A DNA stretch of 62,772 bases, the filler included, from Sphacelaria rigidula (taxonomy: Eukaryota): the NCBI GenBank assembly GCA_964200075.2. It is 8 parts of 8 records of this genome, joined end to end, with 100 filler letters (N's around TTAATTAATTAA, not from the genome) between each part and the next. Parts side by side here need not be neighbours in the genome. Positions count along the whole stretch, not along the records: positions 1 to 7,760 come from CAXNAA020013543.1; positions 7,861 to 15,620 come from CAXNAA020013544.1; 6 more parts are not named here. The stretch is one strand, 5' to 3'. Under the pieces are notes generated by a model, which searched no databases, was not told the DNA's origin, and was given only the letters and a program-made list of their open reading frames with translations. This document shows, piece by piece, positions 1-11,269 of the stretch (positions are counted from its first letter, which is position 1; the number at the start of each line of letters is the position of its first letter). The translations under genes and the position numbers were made by a program.

Positions 1-350
1 CGGCTCTTCGCCTATTCCACTAGTGAGTTGTAGTAGCATCACTCAGTGGTGCACAATCTGATATAGTAGCACCTGCGTGTATGAAATTTGAGAACCTGCA
101 TGTATGAAACTTGTGACTGTACCTCGTGTCAATTTTCGGAAAAATTATATATTTATTGAACATATGGTACAGCAGCACCTGCGCGTATGACACTTGTGGA
201 TATACGATAATATCAACTTGCGGGAAAATCATGTGTGTTTGAGTATATGGTATACTAGCAGTTGCATGCGTATTTTTTTTCTCAGGTACACCACGAGCTG
301 GGCCAGCCTGGGGACGAATTTCCCATTTGCAGGCCCATTCGCCGGCCAAT
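1..350. repeat. Direct duplication, copy 1 (copy 2 at 919-1268)
   Basis: 1-~350 is nearly identical to 919-~1268 (offset 918 bp). The ORF track shows the same C-terminal peptide twice (20..586 and 938..1342). Confidence 0.9.
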
Positions 351-390
351 ATCAAGCGGTGGATCCTAGAACTCAGTATGAACAGGAGAA

Positions 391-785
391 GCATAAGGCT
401 CTGCAAGGACGAGAAGAAAAAAAAAGGACACCGACGTTTTTGATCGTTGTTGACAATTCTCATATATTGACATGACAACAACAACAATATTTGTGTTGGT
501 GCAATTTCCTTGGTCGTCGTTAGCATGTTAATTTCATGCAGGAGACGGGTTAACACATGTTTGTTCAAAATATGGATGATCAACACATGTTTCGTCCAAC
601 ATCAACTTTATCAAAATACACGAACCTCGCAGGGTGTTTCGTCGTTTTCGACGCCACGAATTTCCATCGGAGACCGGTAAAAATCATATGTGCACCGTGA
701 TGCATCCTTGGATGCCAGCATATACAAAAAGTGATTCACACTTGTATATTTTCCCTGTTCTCCTGGAGTTCGAGGATACCGATAA
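391..785. repeat. Dispersed repeat segment, second copy at ~3301-3850
   Basis: gcataaggctctgcaaggacgag...gttctcctggagttcgaggatacc at 391-780 recurs with indels at 3301-3847. Confidence 0.85.
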
Positions 786-1211
786 CGACCACGTAGCACC
801 TGTATGTATTCACTTTTTCGATGTGTCACATGTTTGTTACAAAAATAAATGCACCTGCATGTATGACATTTGGGATATATATCACACGTCGGATGACACA
901 ACTCAGGCTAACACGAGTCGGCTCTTCGCCTATTCCACTAGTGAGTTGTAGTAGCATCACTCAGTGGTGCACAATCTGATATAGTAGCACCTGCGTGTAT
1001 GAAATTTGAGAACCTGCATGTATGAAACTTGTGACTGTACCTCGTGTCAATTTTCGGAAAAATTATATATATATTGAACATATGGTACAGCAGCACCTGC
1101 GCGTATGACACTTGTGGATATACGATAATATCAACTTGCGGAAAAATCATGTATGTTTGAGTAGATGGTATACTAGCAGTTGCATGCGTATTTTTTTTCT
1201 CAGGTATACCA

Positions 1212-2210
1212 CGAGCTGGGCCAGCGTAGGGACGAATTTCCCGTTTGCAGGCCCATTCGCCGGCCAACATCAAGAGTTGGCCCCTAAATTTGGTGTGCAC
1301 AATGACCGGGGCATCATAGAAAATAATTACATGTGCACCCAAATATTTTCAGCTCATTAGCGGAATGTATTATCAGTTTTCGCGTTATTTTTTTCATCGT
1401 GCTTTTTTCATGATCCATACCAAATTTCAGGGTCCAACTCGGAATATTGGCCGGCGGATGGGCCGGTCAAACCGGGTCGGAAGAAATTTACAACAGTATA
1501 TCGCACGTCACTTACCGGCCGACGTTTGGTGGTGGTGCATTGAAAATTTGTGTGGGACCTTGCTAGGACCTATTAAGTGAAAAACCGTGCGTCAGCTTGT
1601 TAATTTTGTGCACTGGTTTGGTGCGTTCCAGTATGAGAACGACCATTTTTTGACGACAACACTCGAACATTTCGCGAAAAATAAACGAAGGCCCATTTCC
1701 TCAATTCAGCATACCTCTGTAGTTCTCCATGCCGAGTTTCAAATCACTATTACCCAAATTGGGGTGAAAAATTGAGACGAGATCCAACAGTGATGTACAT
1801 TTTTACTTGAAAATACCGAAAAATGAAACTCGTTACCTGAAATCATTATGCACTAGCGGTTTTTCATACAGTACGAAACTCCATAACACAACCTCCGGAA
1901 ACCGGGACACACTATCCAGATTCAGGGCATCTAGTGCCTCTGCTCATATTGTATTGATTTCAGTATGAAACCTCATGTGGACCATGTCTCGAGGAAAATG
2001 ACGAATTAGGTGAAGGTGAGGATATATATCGTCTCCCCGTGCACCACTGATCATCATCAACGAGAAAATATTGGCCCAGACTTCTGAGCAGATGGGCACC
2101 TTTCCCTTGGTAAGACGATTCAAACGATATGCGGATCACGGCCCAACTTGTCCTTGTCCATGAGATATTGCTTCGAGAGCTTCAACCTGTTTCTAGGCTG
2201 GTTCAGCTCG
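1212..2210. mobile_element. Putative non-autonomous Tc1/mariner-like element with CGAGCTG(GG)CCAGC termini
   Basis: Left end cgagctgggccagcgtagggac (1212) matches the reverse complement of the right end, cgagctgaaccagcctagaaac (ends 2210, followed by TA). The same end sequence, with ~90 bp of further similarity, recurs after TA at 23301. Related ends occur at 294, 2213 and 4609. Confidence 0.5.
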
Positions 2211-3839
2211 TACGACCTGGGCCAACCGTAAAACGTACAAACGCTCATCACACAACCACTCCTCAAGTTTCCCGAATCAGCCCGACTTGAGCATATCGTT
2301 GTGAACTGCACACCAACCTAGTAACGCACGGCACCACCGCTGAATGAAGGAAAAACACTACATCTACTGCATGATATATGACCTTCACGACGGAACGAGA
2401 AAAAAAGGATCCGTCGGGACAAATCCGCCTCGCTCGAACGAATTAAAGTAAAATAAAACAGCCAAAACACGGTGTCATAGACAGAAGATCGCCAGCCTCC
2501 TGTGGAATATGTTCTTACTCGGCGCTTGTCTCGGTTTCAGAGACTTACATACTGGTGAGGACTGTTCGCCTGTTGGACGACTCGCTACAATAAGGGGGGG
2601 GGGGGGGGAAAGGGGGGGGCGTCGTGCTCGCGTGTGTGTGTACTCGTGTTTGGATGGGCTTTCATCGTCAAAGTGTCTGAGTCTGATACCACTTGTGCTC
2701 CACAATCTCAGGCAGTGATTCTTTCCCCTGCCGATAACAGACTCAATTGCGACATCACTATCCTTCGATTCCGGCTTCGCCTGTTTGAACACGTCAAGAC
2801 ACGCCTTACCCGAACGCGCTGATCAACACACAAAAAGGCGTGGACATCGCCGCACAGTACACCAATGCGCCTCTCCTTGTCCGTACAACGAGAGCAACCC
2901 CATGACCAACATCGAACGCCTTGCCTCCGTTCTTTCCGAAAACAGTCCACCCATAACATTCCAACCCTTGTGAGGCGCTCTTTTCGCCAACAAACCTCAC
3001 AACTCATCATCACGATCCCCCCGACAGCACGACAGCACACAACAGCACACATGCACACCAACCAGACCACATATGTACAGCCCCTCCCTCTGTCGCACGT
3101 CGTCGCGTGCATGGTATCGTACAACAACAACTCACCACAAACATATGACGACACCATGCGTCCTCGGGACTCGACGTACTCGTTTCTTCTCTTGTCGTCC
3201 GACTTGTGGCAGATTCACTTGTGTAGTAAGGAAGAACAGCAGATGCAGTTGATGGGGATAGAAATGGAATGACCAAGGGGGGGGGGGGGGGGAGGGGCGA
3301 GCATGAGGCTCTGCAAGGACGAGGAAAAAAAAAAGCACACTGACGTTTTTGATCGTTGTTGACAATTCTCAGATATTGACATGGTAGACAACATAAAGTA
3401 CTGAGGGATATAATCATACCTTATTTAATTAATTGAAGATTTTTTGAGGATGGATGGTTGATTTCATTTTTTGAACAAGGGAAAGACAAGAATTAATTAA
3501 TTAAATTCAAGACTGTTCGAGGATGGATGGTTGGATGGTTGATTTCTTTTTTTGAGCAAGGGAAAGACAATATATATTTGTGTTGGTGCAATTTCCTTGG
3601 TCGTTGTTGTCTTGTTATATTCCTACAGGAGACGGGGTGACACATGTTTCGTCCAACATTAGCTTTATTCAAATACACGAACCCCGCAGGGTGTAGACGC
3701 TGCTTCGTCGTTTTTGACACAACGAATTTCCATCGGAGACCGGAAAAAATCATATGTGCACCGTGATGCATCCTTGTACGGCAGCATATACAACAAGCGA
3801 TATACGCTCAAATAATTTTTGCTGTTCTCCTGGAGTTCG

Positions 3840-4590
3840 AGGATACCTACATGTATGAAAATTTCAAAACATGAGCATTAATATTCGGGAATATTATCTC
3901 CTTATATTTCAAGATATGCTATAGCAGCACCTGCACGCATGGATATTTGAAAAATACCAAATATTAATTTCGTGAAGATGACATTTGGTATAGCAACACC
4001 TGCAAATATGATTTTTTTTGAGAATGTCGTATGTTAAGTTGAGACAAATGATATCTTCGAATATATGGTGGAGGAGCACGTGCATGTATGAAATTATCGA
4101 ACATTAAGATAGGCTCTTTCGAACGTATCATTTCCTAATACATCGCACAGCAGCAGCAACATGTACCAAGTTTGTGAACATGCCATATTGGAATATTCGC
4201 AAAAAATTACAAATGTCCAACATAGCACCTGGATGTATGAAATTTGTGAAGATACCATATGTTATTTCCGGAAGAAATGGTGAATACTTGACATAGTGAA
4301 GAAACACCTGCATATATAAAAGTATCGAATATCTACATGCAATTTTCTCATCATGGGTATACCATGGCATATACTTATTTCCGGAAAATAATATATTTTC
4401 CGTACATGTTATGGCAGCACCTGCATGCATGAAATTTTCGAATATTTACATGTTAACTTTTGGCAAAACAATATAATTGTTTTTGGTATTGATTGATCTT
4501 TTTTATTGATTGTCGCACTTTAACTATATATTTTTCAAACATCAATCTATGGTATTTCCAAATATTTCAGACATGCAGGTGCTGCTTGGT
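3840..4590. repeat. Degenerate ~75-bp tandem array with a conserved GCACCTGCATGTATGAAATT core
   Basis: Core variants at ~3845, 3927, 3995, 4076, 4224, 4304 and 4417, and inverted at ~4572. The same core occurs at ~69, 93, 175, 796, 851, 987, 1011 and 1093. Confidence 0.7.
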
Positions 4591-4838
4591 CGTCCTCGGT
4601 ATCGTCTACGAGCTGAGCCAGTCTAATAACATTCCACTTCTGGCTTATAATAACGTACGGCGTATTCACGTCTCGAGACCCTCGATGTAACGGCAGGTCC
4701 TCTCAGACTATTGTTCGGCAAAAAAAAAGCGGCGGAAGAAAAGCCATCTAATAGGTCACTCATCCAAATTATATTTCGATTGTCTTGTCTTATTACTTTT
4801 CGATAGAAAAAGTGCGGCGGCAAAAAAACTCCGACGCA

Positions 4839-5310
4839 AGGCTACTTCTTATGTATCAAGAAGTAAAACTTGTTGAAAAGTGCATTTTGGGCCCTTTTCC
4901 GTCGTTCATCCCCCGAACAGAGGGTTAGGCGGATGTTGACACCATGGAATGACTTGCTCTACTCGCTGTGACGGTTCCAGAGCACGTTTGCGTTTCCCGT
5001 AGGTCACGGTTTCGGTTATGGCCAAGCTTCCATTTCCAATAACAAACGGTCAAGTTACTAAAAAAATGTCAGTTTTCTCCCTGTTTTTAGATAACTTGAC
5101 CGTTTGTTATTGGAAATGCAAGCTTGGCCAAAACCGAAACCGTGACCTACGGGAAACGCAAACGTGCTCTGGAACCGTCACAGCGAGTAGAGCAAGTCAT
5201 TCCATGGCGTCAACACCCGCCTAGCCCTCTGTTCGGGGGATAAACGACGGAGAAGGGCCCAAAATGCACTTTTCAACAAGTTTTACTTTTTGATACATAA
5301 GAAGTAGCCT
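4839..5310. mobile_element. ~470-bp fold-back element (MITE-like), possibly PIF/Harbinger-type
   Basis: 4839-~5065 is a near-perfect reverse complement of ~5083-5310 (aggctacttcttatgtatcaa...ttgatacataagaagtagcct). The flanks read caa|GGCT...AGCC|taa, compatible with a mutated TAA target duplication. Confidence 0.8.
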
Positions 5311-7692
5311 AACAGCTCATATACTTGATCTCACTTTTTTTCGATAAAACAAGTGCGGCGAAAAGAAAAGCACGATCGCATAGGTCGTTATTTATTTTAA
5401 TCCATTATTTTTCGATTGAAAAATAATTTGATGAGACACGCCCTTCAGGGGTATGCAAAAAACAATCAGGCTCTTCTCCCTGAACGATTAGGGCGAATCA
5501 TCACGACTCAAAATCACCAAATCCACGATTTCTTCGGCCTGATTGCCCGAAAGGCAGAAGAAAGTTGACCGCTGGTCCAAGGGGTATGTATCCACGCAAC
5601 TTCTGCGCCATTCCACGTGTCGGGGCTGCGTGTACCTGGGTTACAACGCTGAAAACAAAATCTAGAGATTGATTCTTACAGTTCAAATCAATTAGACTAA
5701 AATCAAGTAGTTGCCAGACGAATCATTGATATGTCCGACCCTTGAACTCTTCGAGCTCATCGAGATGGGAGGCAAGTCAAAAGCAGCGGTCATTCTCGGA
5801 AATGCCGTGACACCAAGACTTGCTTACGCACACCCTACACAACAGTACATGACACTCGCTTCCAACGTAGTACTCTCTTCAACGGAATCAGTTTGTGTAG
5901 TCTAGGAGGGAAGCATGGGTTAAGGTACTCATGATATTGCATCCAATAGTCAAAAGAGGAGGGGGCGGGAAAGTCGGGTCGTGCGTTGTCTAGATTAAAG
6001 GAGCGTTCGCAACGTCGCTCGCTGCATCTCTCCGTCATCAGGCAGGGCATCGAATCATGAGACATTTGAGCGCTCCTACCCCCCACTCACTGTTATCAGT
6101 AATCCTGTTCACCATCGCAGCTGCGCTCGCTCTTTCCAAGTGTAGGGACCTTATTCCTTTTCCCTTAACTCCGAGGTGGCCGATAGTCATCGCTCCTCAG
6201 CTTGCATGATTCCCGCGTCGCTTGCTCACCCGCGTGACAGAGGTGGAGCCTTGTAGTATCAATATTACAGTATGCTCTTCAGATTCACGCCTTCGGTTCT
6301 TCTCGTGCATGTCGAGTTCTCGGCACTCGTCGGTTGGCTCGTCAACGAACGGCATGCATGACGCTTGGTTTGGGTGAGTTCTTTCACTCTTATTTGCCTC
6401 CCTTGCTCCTTCCAGATCACAGATGCCCGCTTCGTGTCCGTCATGCATGATTTGATGAGGTAGAAAACGGCTAGTACATGGTGGAGAACGGTACAGACAG
6501 TACCCCGTACATCGAACCACTCAACACTTCCTCCAGCTTCCTCTTGCTGTTGGTGGCCGTCCGTTGGAGATTCAGAATTCTAGGGGCTACTCTCTCACTG
6601 CTTTCCTAACGACCGGGACGTGACGCGTTTTTGCTCAAATCGGCACCGCTTCGTTCGGGCTCTACCAACAAAATCCATCCGTAAGGTGCTTCTGCACTCA
6701 TTCCCCCCGAGGATTGTGGTGGACCTGTGGTTAGATGAGAGTAAGGGTTTTTGGAACTGGTTTCGACAAAAAACAGCGCGTGTCTACCACCGAGCTACCA
6801 CCAAATATTCAAGAATTGACGAGTTGCGTCTTGGGAGATTGGTTCACTTCAGGAGTGCATAGAGTGAACCAATCTTCCAAGAGCAAGCTTTCAGAATACT
6901 TGTTTGGAGAACCGGTTCTACCGTATTACACAGTATCTCTGTGAAGACGATGCTGCACAAGCCCAGCGGGAGGGTGAGAGAGGTTGATGTTGGGTAGCCT
7001 CGTCGGCGCGTCGGCTCGAGACGGCGATCGAAACGCAAGTTTTTCGGTTAGGCCAGGTGAGGGTTATTGCGGCGGATGCCTTGACATGGATGGTTTGATG
7101 GATGAACCCGACAGTGGTGTTGGAAACTAGAATCCTATATTGGTACACCATCGCTATCCACCACCCTTGGCTCTGTCTGTTCATGTATGTGGAGTATCGT
7201 TTCTCGTTGCTCTGGCTCAAGTATGGCCGGCTGTCTGTATCTGCTCTACAGTTAGTACTTGTAGTGCAATGCGATCAGACTCTGGAATACAGTATGACTG
7301 GGCTGCACACGTATTGCAAACAGCTCGCAGACTGTCGGCATTTGGAGACGACCTTTACACATTTCGGGTCTCGACACCATTATAGAGTGCGGCAAGACTC
7401 TACTGCCACTGTCTGTTGTTCTGACTGTTGTTGTACGGTACAACCAGTCCGTCAGCACGCTGACCCTGCGCAGTCCAAGACGACCTTGACCCATCTCCAG
7501 TCTCTGCATCGGCTCTTCGAACCCCCACGTCATCAAAATGCTGTGCTATTGCTGACTACTGTAGTGTACTGCAGTCATGGTGCCTTATTCGGGCTACTCG
7601 AGGACCGTCAGATGCCATGCGACGAGGCGAACTAAAGTTTTGGTCGTATATTTATGGTTGATTTTCCAAAAAGACTAAAAATGACACTACAG

Positions 7693-7760
7693 GCCGGTCG
7701 CCCCGGTGGCTCAGTTGGTAACCTCGTAACCTTCTGATGGTTGAGTTGGGGGGGTCGATT
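7693..7760 (+). mobile_element. tRNA-derived SINE family 1, head only (cut by contig end)
   Basis: A-box-like tggctcagttgg and B-box-like gggtcgatt. The intervening aacctcgtaaccttctgatggttgag is shared with the copies at 9131 and 50838. Confidence 0.6.
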
Positions 7761-7860
7761 NNNNNNNNNNNNNNNNNNNNNNNNNNNNNNNNNNNNNNNN
7801 NNNNTTAATTAATTAANNNNNNNNNNNNNNNNNNNNNNNNNNNNNNNNNNNNNNNNNNNN
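7761..7860. other. Artificial 100-bp contig linker (N44-TTAATTAATTAA-N44)
   Basis: Identical linkers at 7761-7860, 15621-15720, 23481-23580, 31340-31439, 39199-39298, 47057-47156 and 54915-55014. TTAATTAATTAA places stops in all six frames. Confidence 0.97.
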
Positions 7861-8461
7861 CTTTTACACTGCCTCATGGGTGCATACCAGCAGGAGGGAA
7901 GGGGGGGGGGGGACATATGTATCTCATACCACTGCTTCCTGTTGCCCCTCTGCTTCACTTCGCCGGCAAACCTCATGCGTGTTTCTAGGTGTTCAAGAAG
8001 TGGTGCTGTTCTGCAACAGTTCAAGACTCGTACTACAGTACCTTGCATCATGTACAAAGCCGCTTTGAATAGTTGCAAAATCATGTGCTGGACCTGTGCG
8101 CTTTCGAGGCAAAGGAGACGGACGATGAGGCTGCGGCTATTTTACACTACTGCAAAGTGGTTGAATTGGCAAACTGTTTTCCGTACATGACCTTTTAGAT
8201 TTTATGTTTCGTGTTCCTTATTAGCCTAATTCTTGTTCCTCTGTGCAACTGTCTGCCATGTGGACTATTACAACACCAACTGCGTATTTTTACAAAGCAA
8301 TTGCTACCCGTATTTCGTTTCACACGAAAGCTAGGAGAAAGCTCAATAGTTATGTCCATAACGTACCGACATCTTCACGCACACGTTATTTCCTTACACA
8401 CACTCCACAAACCCCTCGCCCACGAGACTGTTATTTGAACCCTGCTTCGTGGCTTCTCCGC

Positions 8462-8770
8462 CGCGTCCCGGTGGTGTAATGGTCCGACCGTCGCCATAAG
8501 GGCGGAGAGAACGAGGGTTGGATTCCCGATGCTTTGGGTTTTTCTTCGTCATGTCTGATTTCCACGGTGGAAAGCGTGAGAACGTGAGTAAAACAAGTTG
8601 TCGACTTGGTTGTTTGACGTAACTTGACGCGGTGCGGCGGTGCTGACCCTATCCGCGAGACCAAAACGCAAGGCGTGTACCGAGGGAGAGATGGGTTGAT
8701 CCCTTGAGACCACGGACTCATCCCGAGGGGGGGGGGGTGAAAGTGCAACAAATAGAAAAACAAAATCGTG
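8462..8770 (+). mobile_element. tRNA-derived SINE-like family 2
   Basis: Head has A-box tggtgtaatgg and B-box-like ggttggattccc. The body (atccgcgagaccaaaa.gcaaggcgt.taccg.gggagagatgg) recurs at ~41195-41320 and, more diverged, at ~42360-42600. A-rich tail. Confidence 0.6.
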
Positions 8771-9130
8771 GCACTACATCGTGCCTAGCCCTTATCCTGG
8801 AGGGGACGAGGAGTGAGGAGGGGGGGCGACATAAGTGCAAAAACACGCAGGCCAGACACGACATTTTGAGCTGATTCTATTTCTGAATTGCAGTATACTC
8901 AGTGTTTAAACAACGTTCATTTTCTGGACGACATCTGATGATAAAAAAAAATACTGCGAGAGAGGCACGGGCAGGCGAGCGGGTGGGCGGGGGTGGTTCT
9001 CAAATGCTTAATTTCAATCGTCCCGATATCAAATACTTGAGTCGCTGGAGTACCGTAAAACGTTCACCGTACTTCGACAATCGTGCAGACAACTCCAGGT
9101 TTTGGGCAATTAGTTGAACACTGCACCCAG

Positions 9131-9500
9131 CCGCCGGTTACCCCGACGGATCCGTCGGTAACCTCGAAACCTTCTGACGGTTGGCACGTGGGTTTGATCC
9201 CGGGTGAAGTCACACGATCTGGACTTTTACTCACATCCTATCCAACAGTGGAGAGCGACCATGTCCTGGGTACACAAAAATTGACTTCACGGTCGACGAG
9301 GAAAAGAGACTGCCGAACCCTTCTCGGGATAAAAAAAGGTGAGCACCGCGGGAGGGAGGTTGAGTGCTGAAAACAAAAAACAAAAAAAGGAAAAAACTCG
9401 TGTGTTGACCTTCCTGTGTGACCCCGGCTGATGCGCCCACGTACACCGAAAGGTGTAGACCGGCGTCCAGAGTGGATGGGATGACAACACACACACACAG
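9131..9500 (+). mobile_element. tRNA-derived SINE family 1, near full length with (CA)n tail
   Basis: Degenerate A/B boxes (ggtttgatccc). The body gggtacacaaaaattgactt...gtgtgaccccggctgatgcgc...cgaaaggtg...atgacaacacacac is shared with 50838-51372 (+) and 31889-31990 (-). Confidence 0.7.
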
Positions 9501-9609
9501 CAACAACTGAGTCAGAAGTTAAGCGGGGAGGGGAAGGTAATTTGGACTATTTTTTTCTTCGCTACTCTCATAGCCATGCCAAGTTTTCCAGGGGGGGGAG
9601 GGAGATCCC

Positions 9610-10106
9610 GATATTGCACGCTGTAGTCGTGTGACTATTGGCCTCGCATCCCTTCAAAGCCGGGACGAAGCACGCCGGATTTTCGCCGGACCAGGCTCCC
9701 AACCAATCACCAAGTGCACCATGATGTGCGCGCCACCGTAATGTGTTCAGCGAGTCGCATGAAGGGTGAGCTGCGTCCTAAGGTTCTTCGTCCAGAAGCG
9801 TACTAATTATCTTCCATATGGATGACAACCTCAAATGAGTTACTTCATTTTCTGGTATCTTCACTTCCAGAGACTGCCACGGGCTAGACTGTTTCATAGA
9901 TGTCTCACCATTCAAACACTACGTAGTACGATCATCTCCTTTGCGCGGAGTTGAGGTTCTCCATCCCACACAACATGACCTAGCTCCATCACCATGGTAC
10001 CGCAAGTAAAGGAAAGCAAAAAAAAACTATAACCTCGTTGCCAAGCTTACGCAGTGAGCGGCGTGTATTACAGCTTCGTTACCTACCGACGCCATCCCTC
10101 ACGGGG
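9610..10106 (+). repeat. ~500-bp dispersed repeat family A, copy 1
   Basis: Similar to 10530-11045 (inverted), 13410-13920, 13955-14240 and 32060-32490 (inverted). Fragments at 7861, 23581, 31440, 39299, 44765 and 55040. Confidence 0.85.
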
Positions 10107-10529
10107 GTTCGAAATCTATGGCCAAGGCACGAGGGTGCTTTTACCTTGGACACCCTCAAAATCATATCTCCATGATTCAACGCATGTGCCGAGGAGGCTG
10201 AAGTTGATGCCACCAGTGGCATCAACTTCAGCGAGGCGGGTGATGGATCATCCGTGGGTTAGTCTCAGCGTGCAAGACCGAGTCGTGCTACGATAGGGGG
10301 GAAGGGGAGGGGGGGGGGTATTTCGGACCATTTCTTCTATAAAATTCCTCTTGAAGTTGTCGTTAAAAATAGCAACGGTTGTGAACGCGCTTCATACTGA
10401 TAGGTCACACTAATCCATCCTACTCGACACCCCTCGCTCGAATACAAGCACACCGCGAGTACTTTGGGGCGTCTGACAGGCCTATAAGCCGTTTCTCTCG
10501 GGGAATCAACCCCCCGCCCTCTATCGTAG

Positions 10530-11045
10530 CTCCCCTCTTGAGGGTTGGCGTCGATTGGCCACGACGCTGTGAAGCATGCCACTCACTGCGTTATTTAGGC
10601 AGCCATGATACCGTTATTTTTCGCTGGCGTTTTTTTTTGCGGTAACCATGATGATGGTCGCGCTAGATTATTATGTGCGGGATGGAGACCGTCAACTCCG
10701 CGCAAAGGGGTGATCGTACTAAAATACGTAGTGTTCAAATGGAAAGACATTCACGAGGCAGTGTAGCCCGTGGTTGTCCCTGGAAGTTGCGATACCAAAA
10801 AACAAGGCAACTCATTCAAGGCTGTCATCCACAGGTGAGATAATTAGTACGCTTCTGGCCGAACAATCCTGACAGGATGAAGCTCACCCCTCATGCGACT
10901 CGCCGAACACATCACGGCGCGTCGCGCTTGGTGATTGATCGCGAGCGTGGTCTAGCAAAACCCGGTGAGCTCCGTCCCGGCATTGTAGGGATGCGAGGTC
11001 AATGGTCATATGACTACGGCACGCAAGATCATGAGCACACCCTCC
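10530..11045 (-). repeat. Dispersed repeat family A, inverted copy
   Basis: The reverse complement aligns by eye to 9610-10106 (e.g. caactccgcgcaaagg.g.tgatcgtact; tcatgcgactcgccgaacac). Confidence 0.85.
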
Positions 11046-11269
11046 ATCGTAGCATGCATCAACAACAAACTCGCGTTCAGCATATGCAACAGCACGCATG
11101 GCCAGCAGCGACGCGGGGGAGAGCGCCCCCGCACCTAAGCCGCGTGCGCTGGGACGCTCGACAACAAACTCACGCACAAGAGCCGAGCGTAGTGGCACAA
11201 CTGACGGACCTGACTGGGAACATCTACTTCGCGAGCTCATCAGGACCTGTCATCGCCCAAGCAGTTGGT

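Noticed and set aside
20-1342. 188-aa and 134-aa ORFs sharing a C-terminus
   Set aside because: They arise from the local 918-bp-offset duplication of non-coding repeat DNA and show no protein-like features.
3840-4440. CRISPR-like repeat-spacer array
   Set aside because: The repeats are degenerate, the spacers resemble each other, the context is eukaryotic and there are no cas genes.
5700-7640. Possible decayed coding or retroelement sequence (e.g. a GHLGV peptide on the minus strand)
   Set aside because: No ordered set of motifs or consistent exon chain could be found; left unannotated.
7805-7816. TTAATTAATTAA as a biological repeat or regulatory site
   Set aside because: Always centred in 100-bp N blocks; it is a synthetic six-frame stop linker.
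8464-8530. Functional tRNA gene
   Set aside because: A/B boxes are present, but no proper acceptor stem or 7-nt anticodon loop can be formed, and it runs into a dispersed repeat body. Treated as a SINE head; the same applies to 7693-7760.
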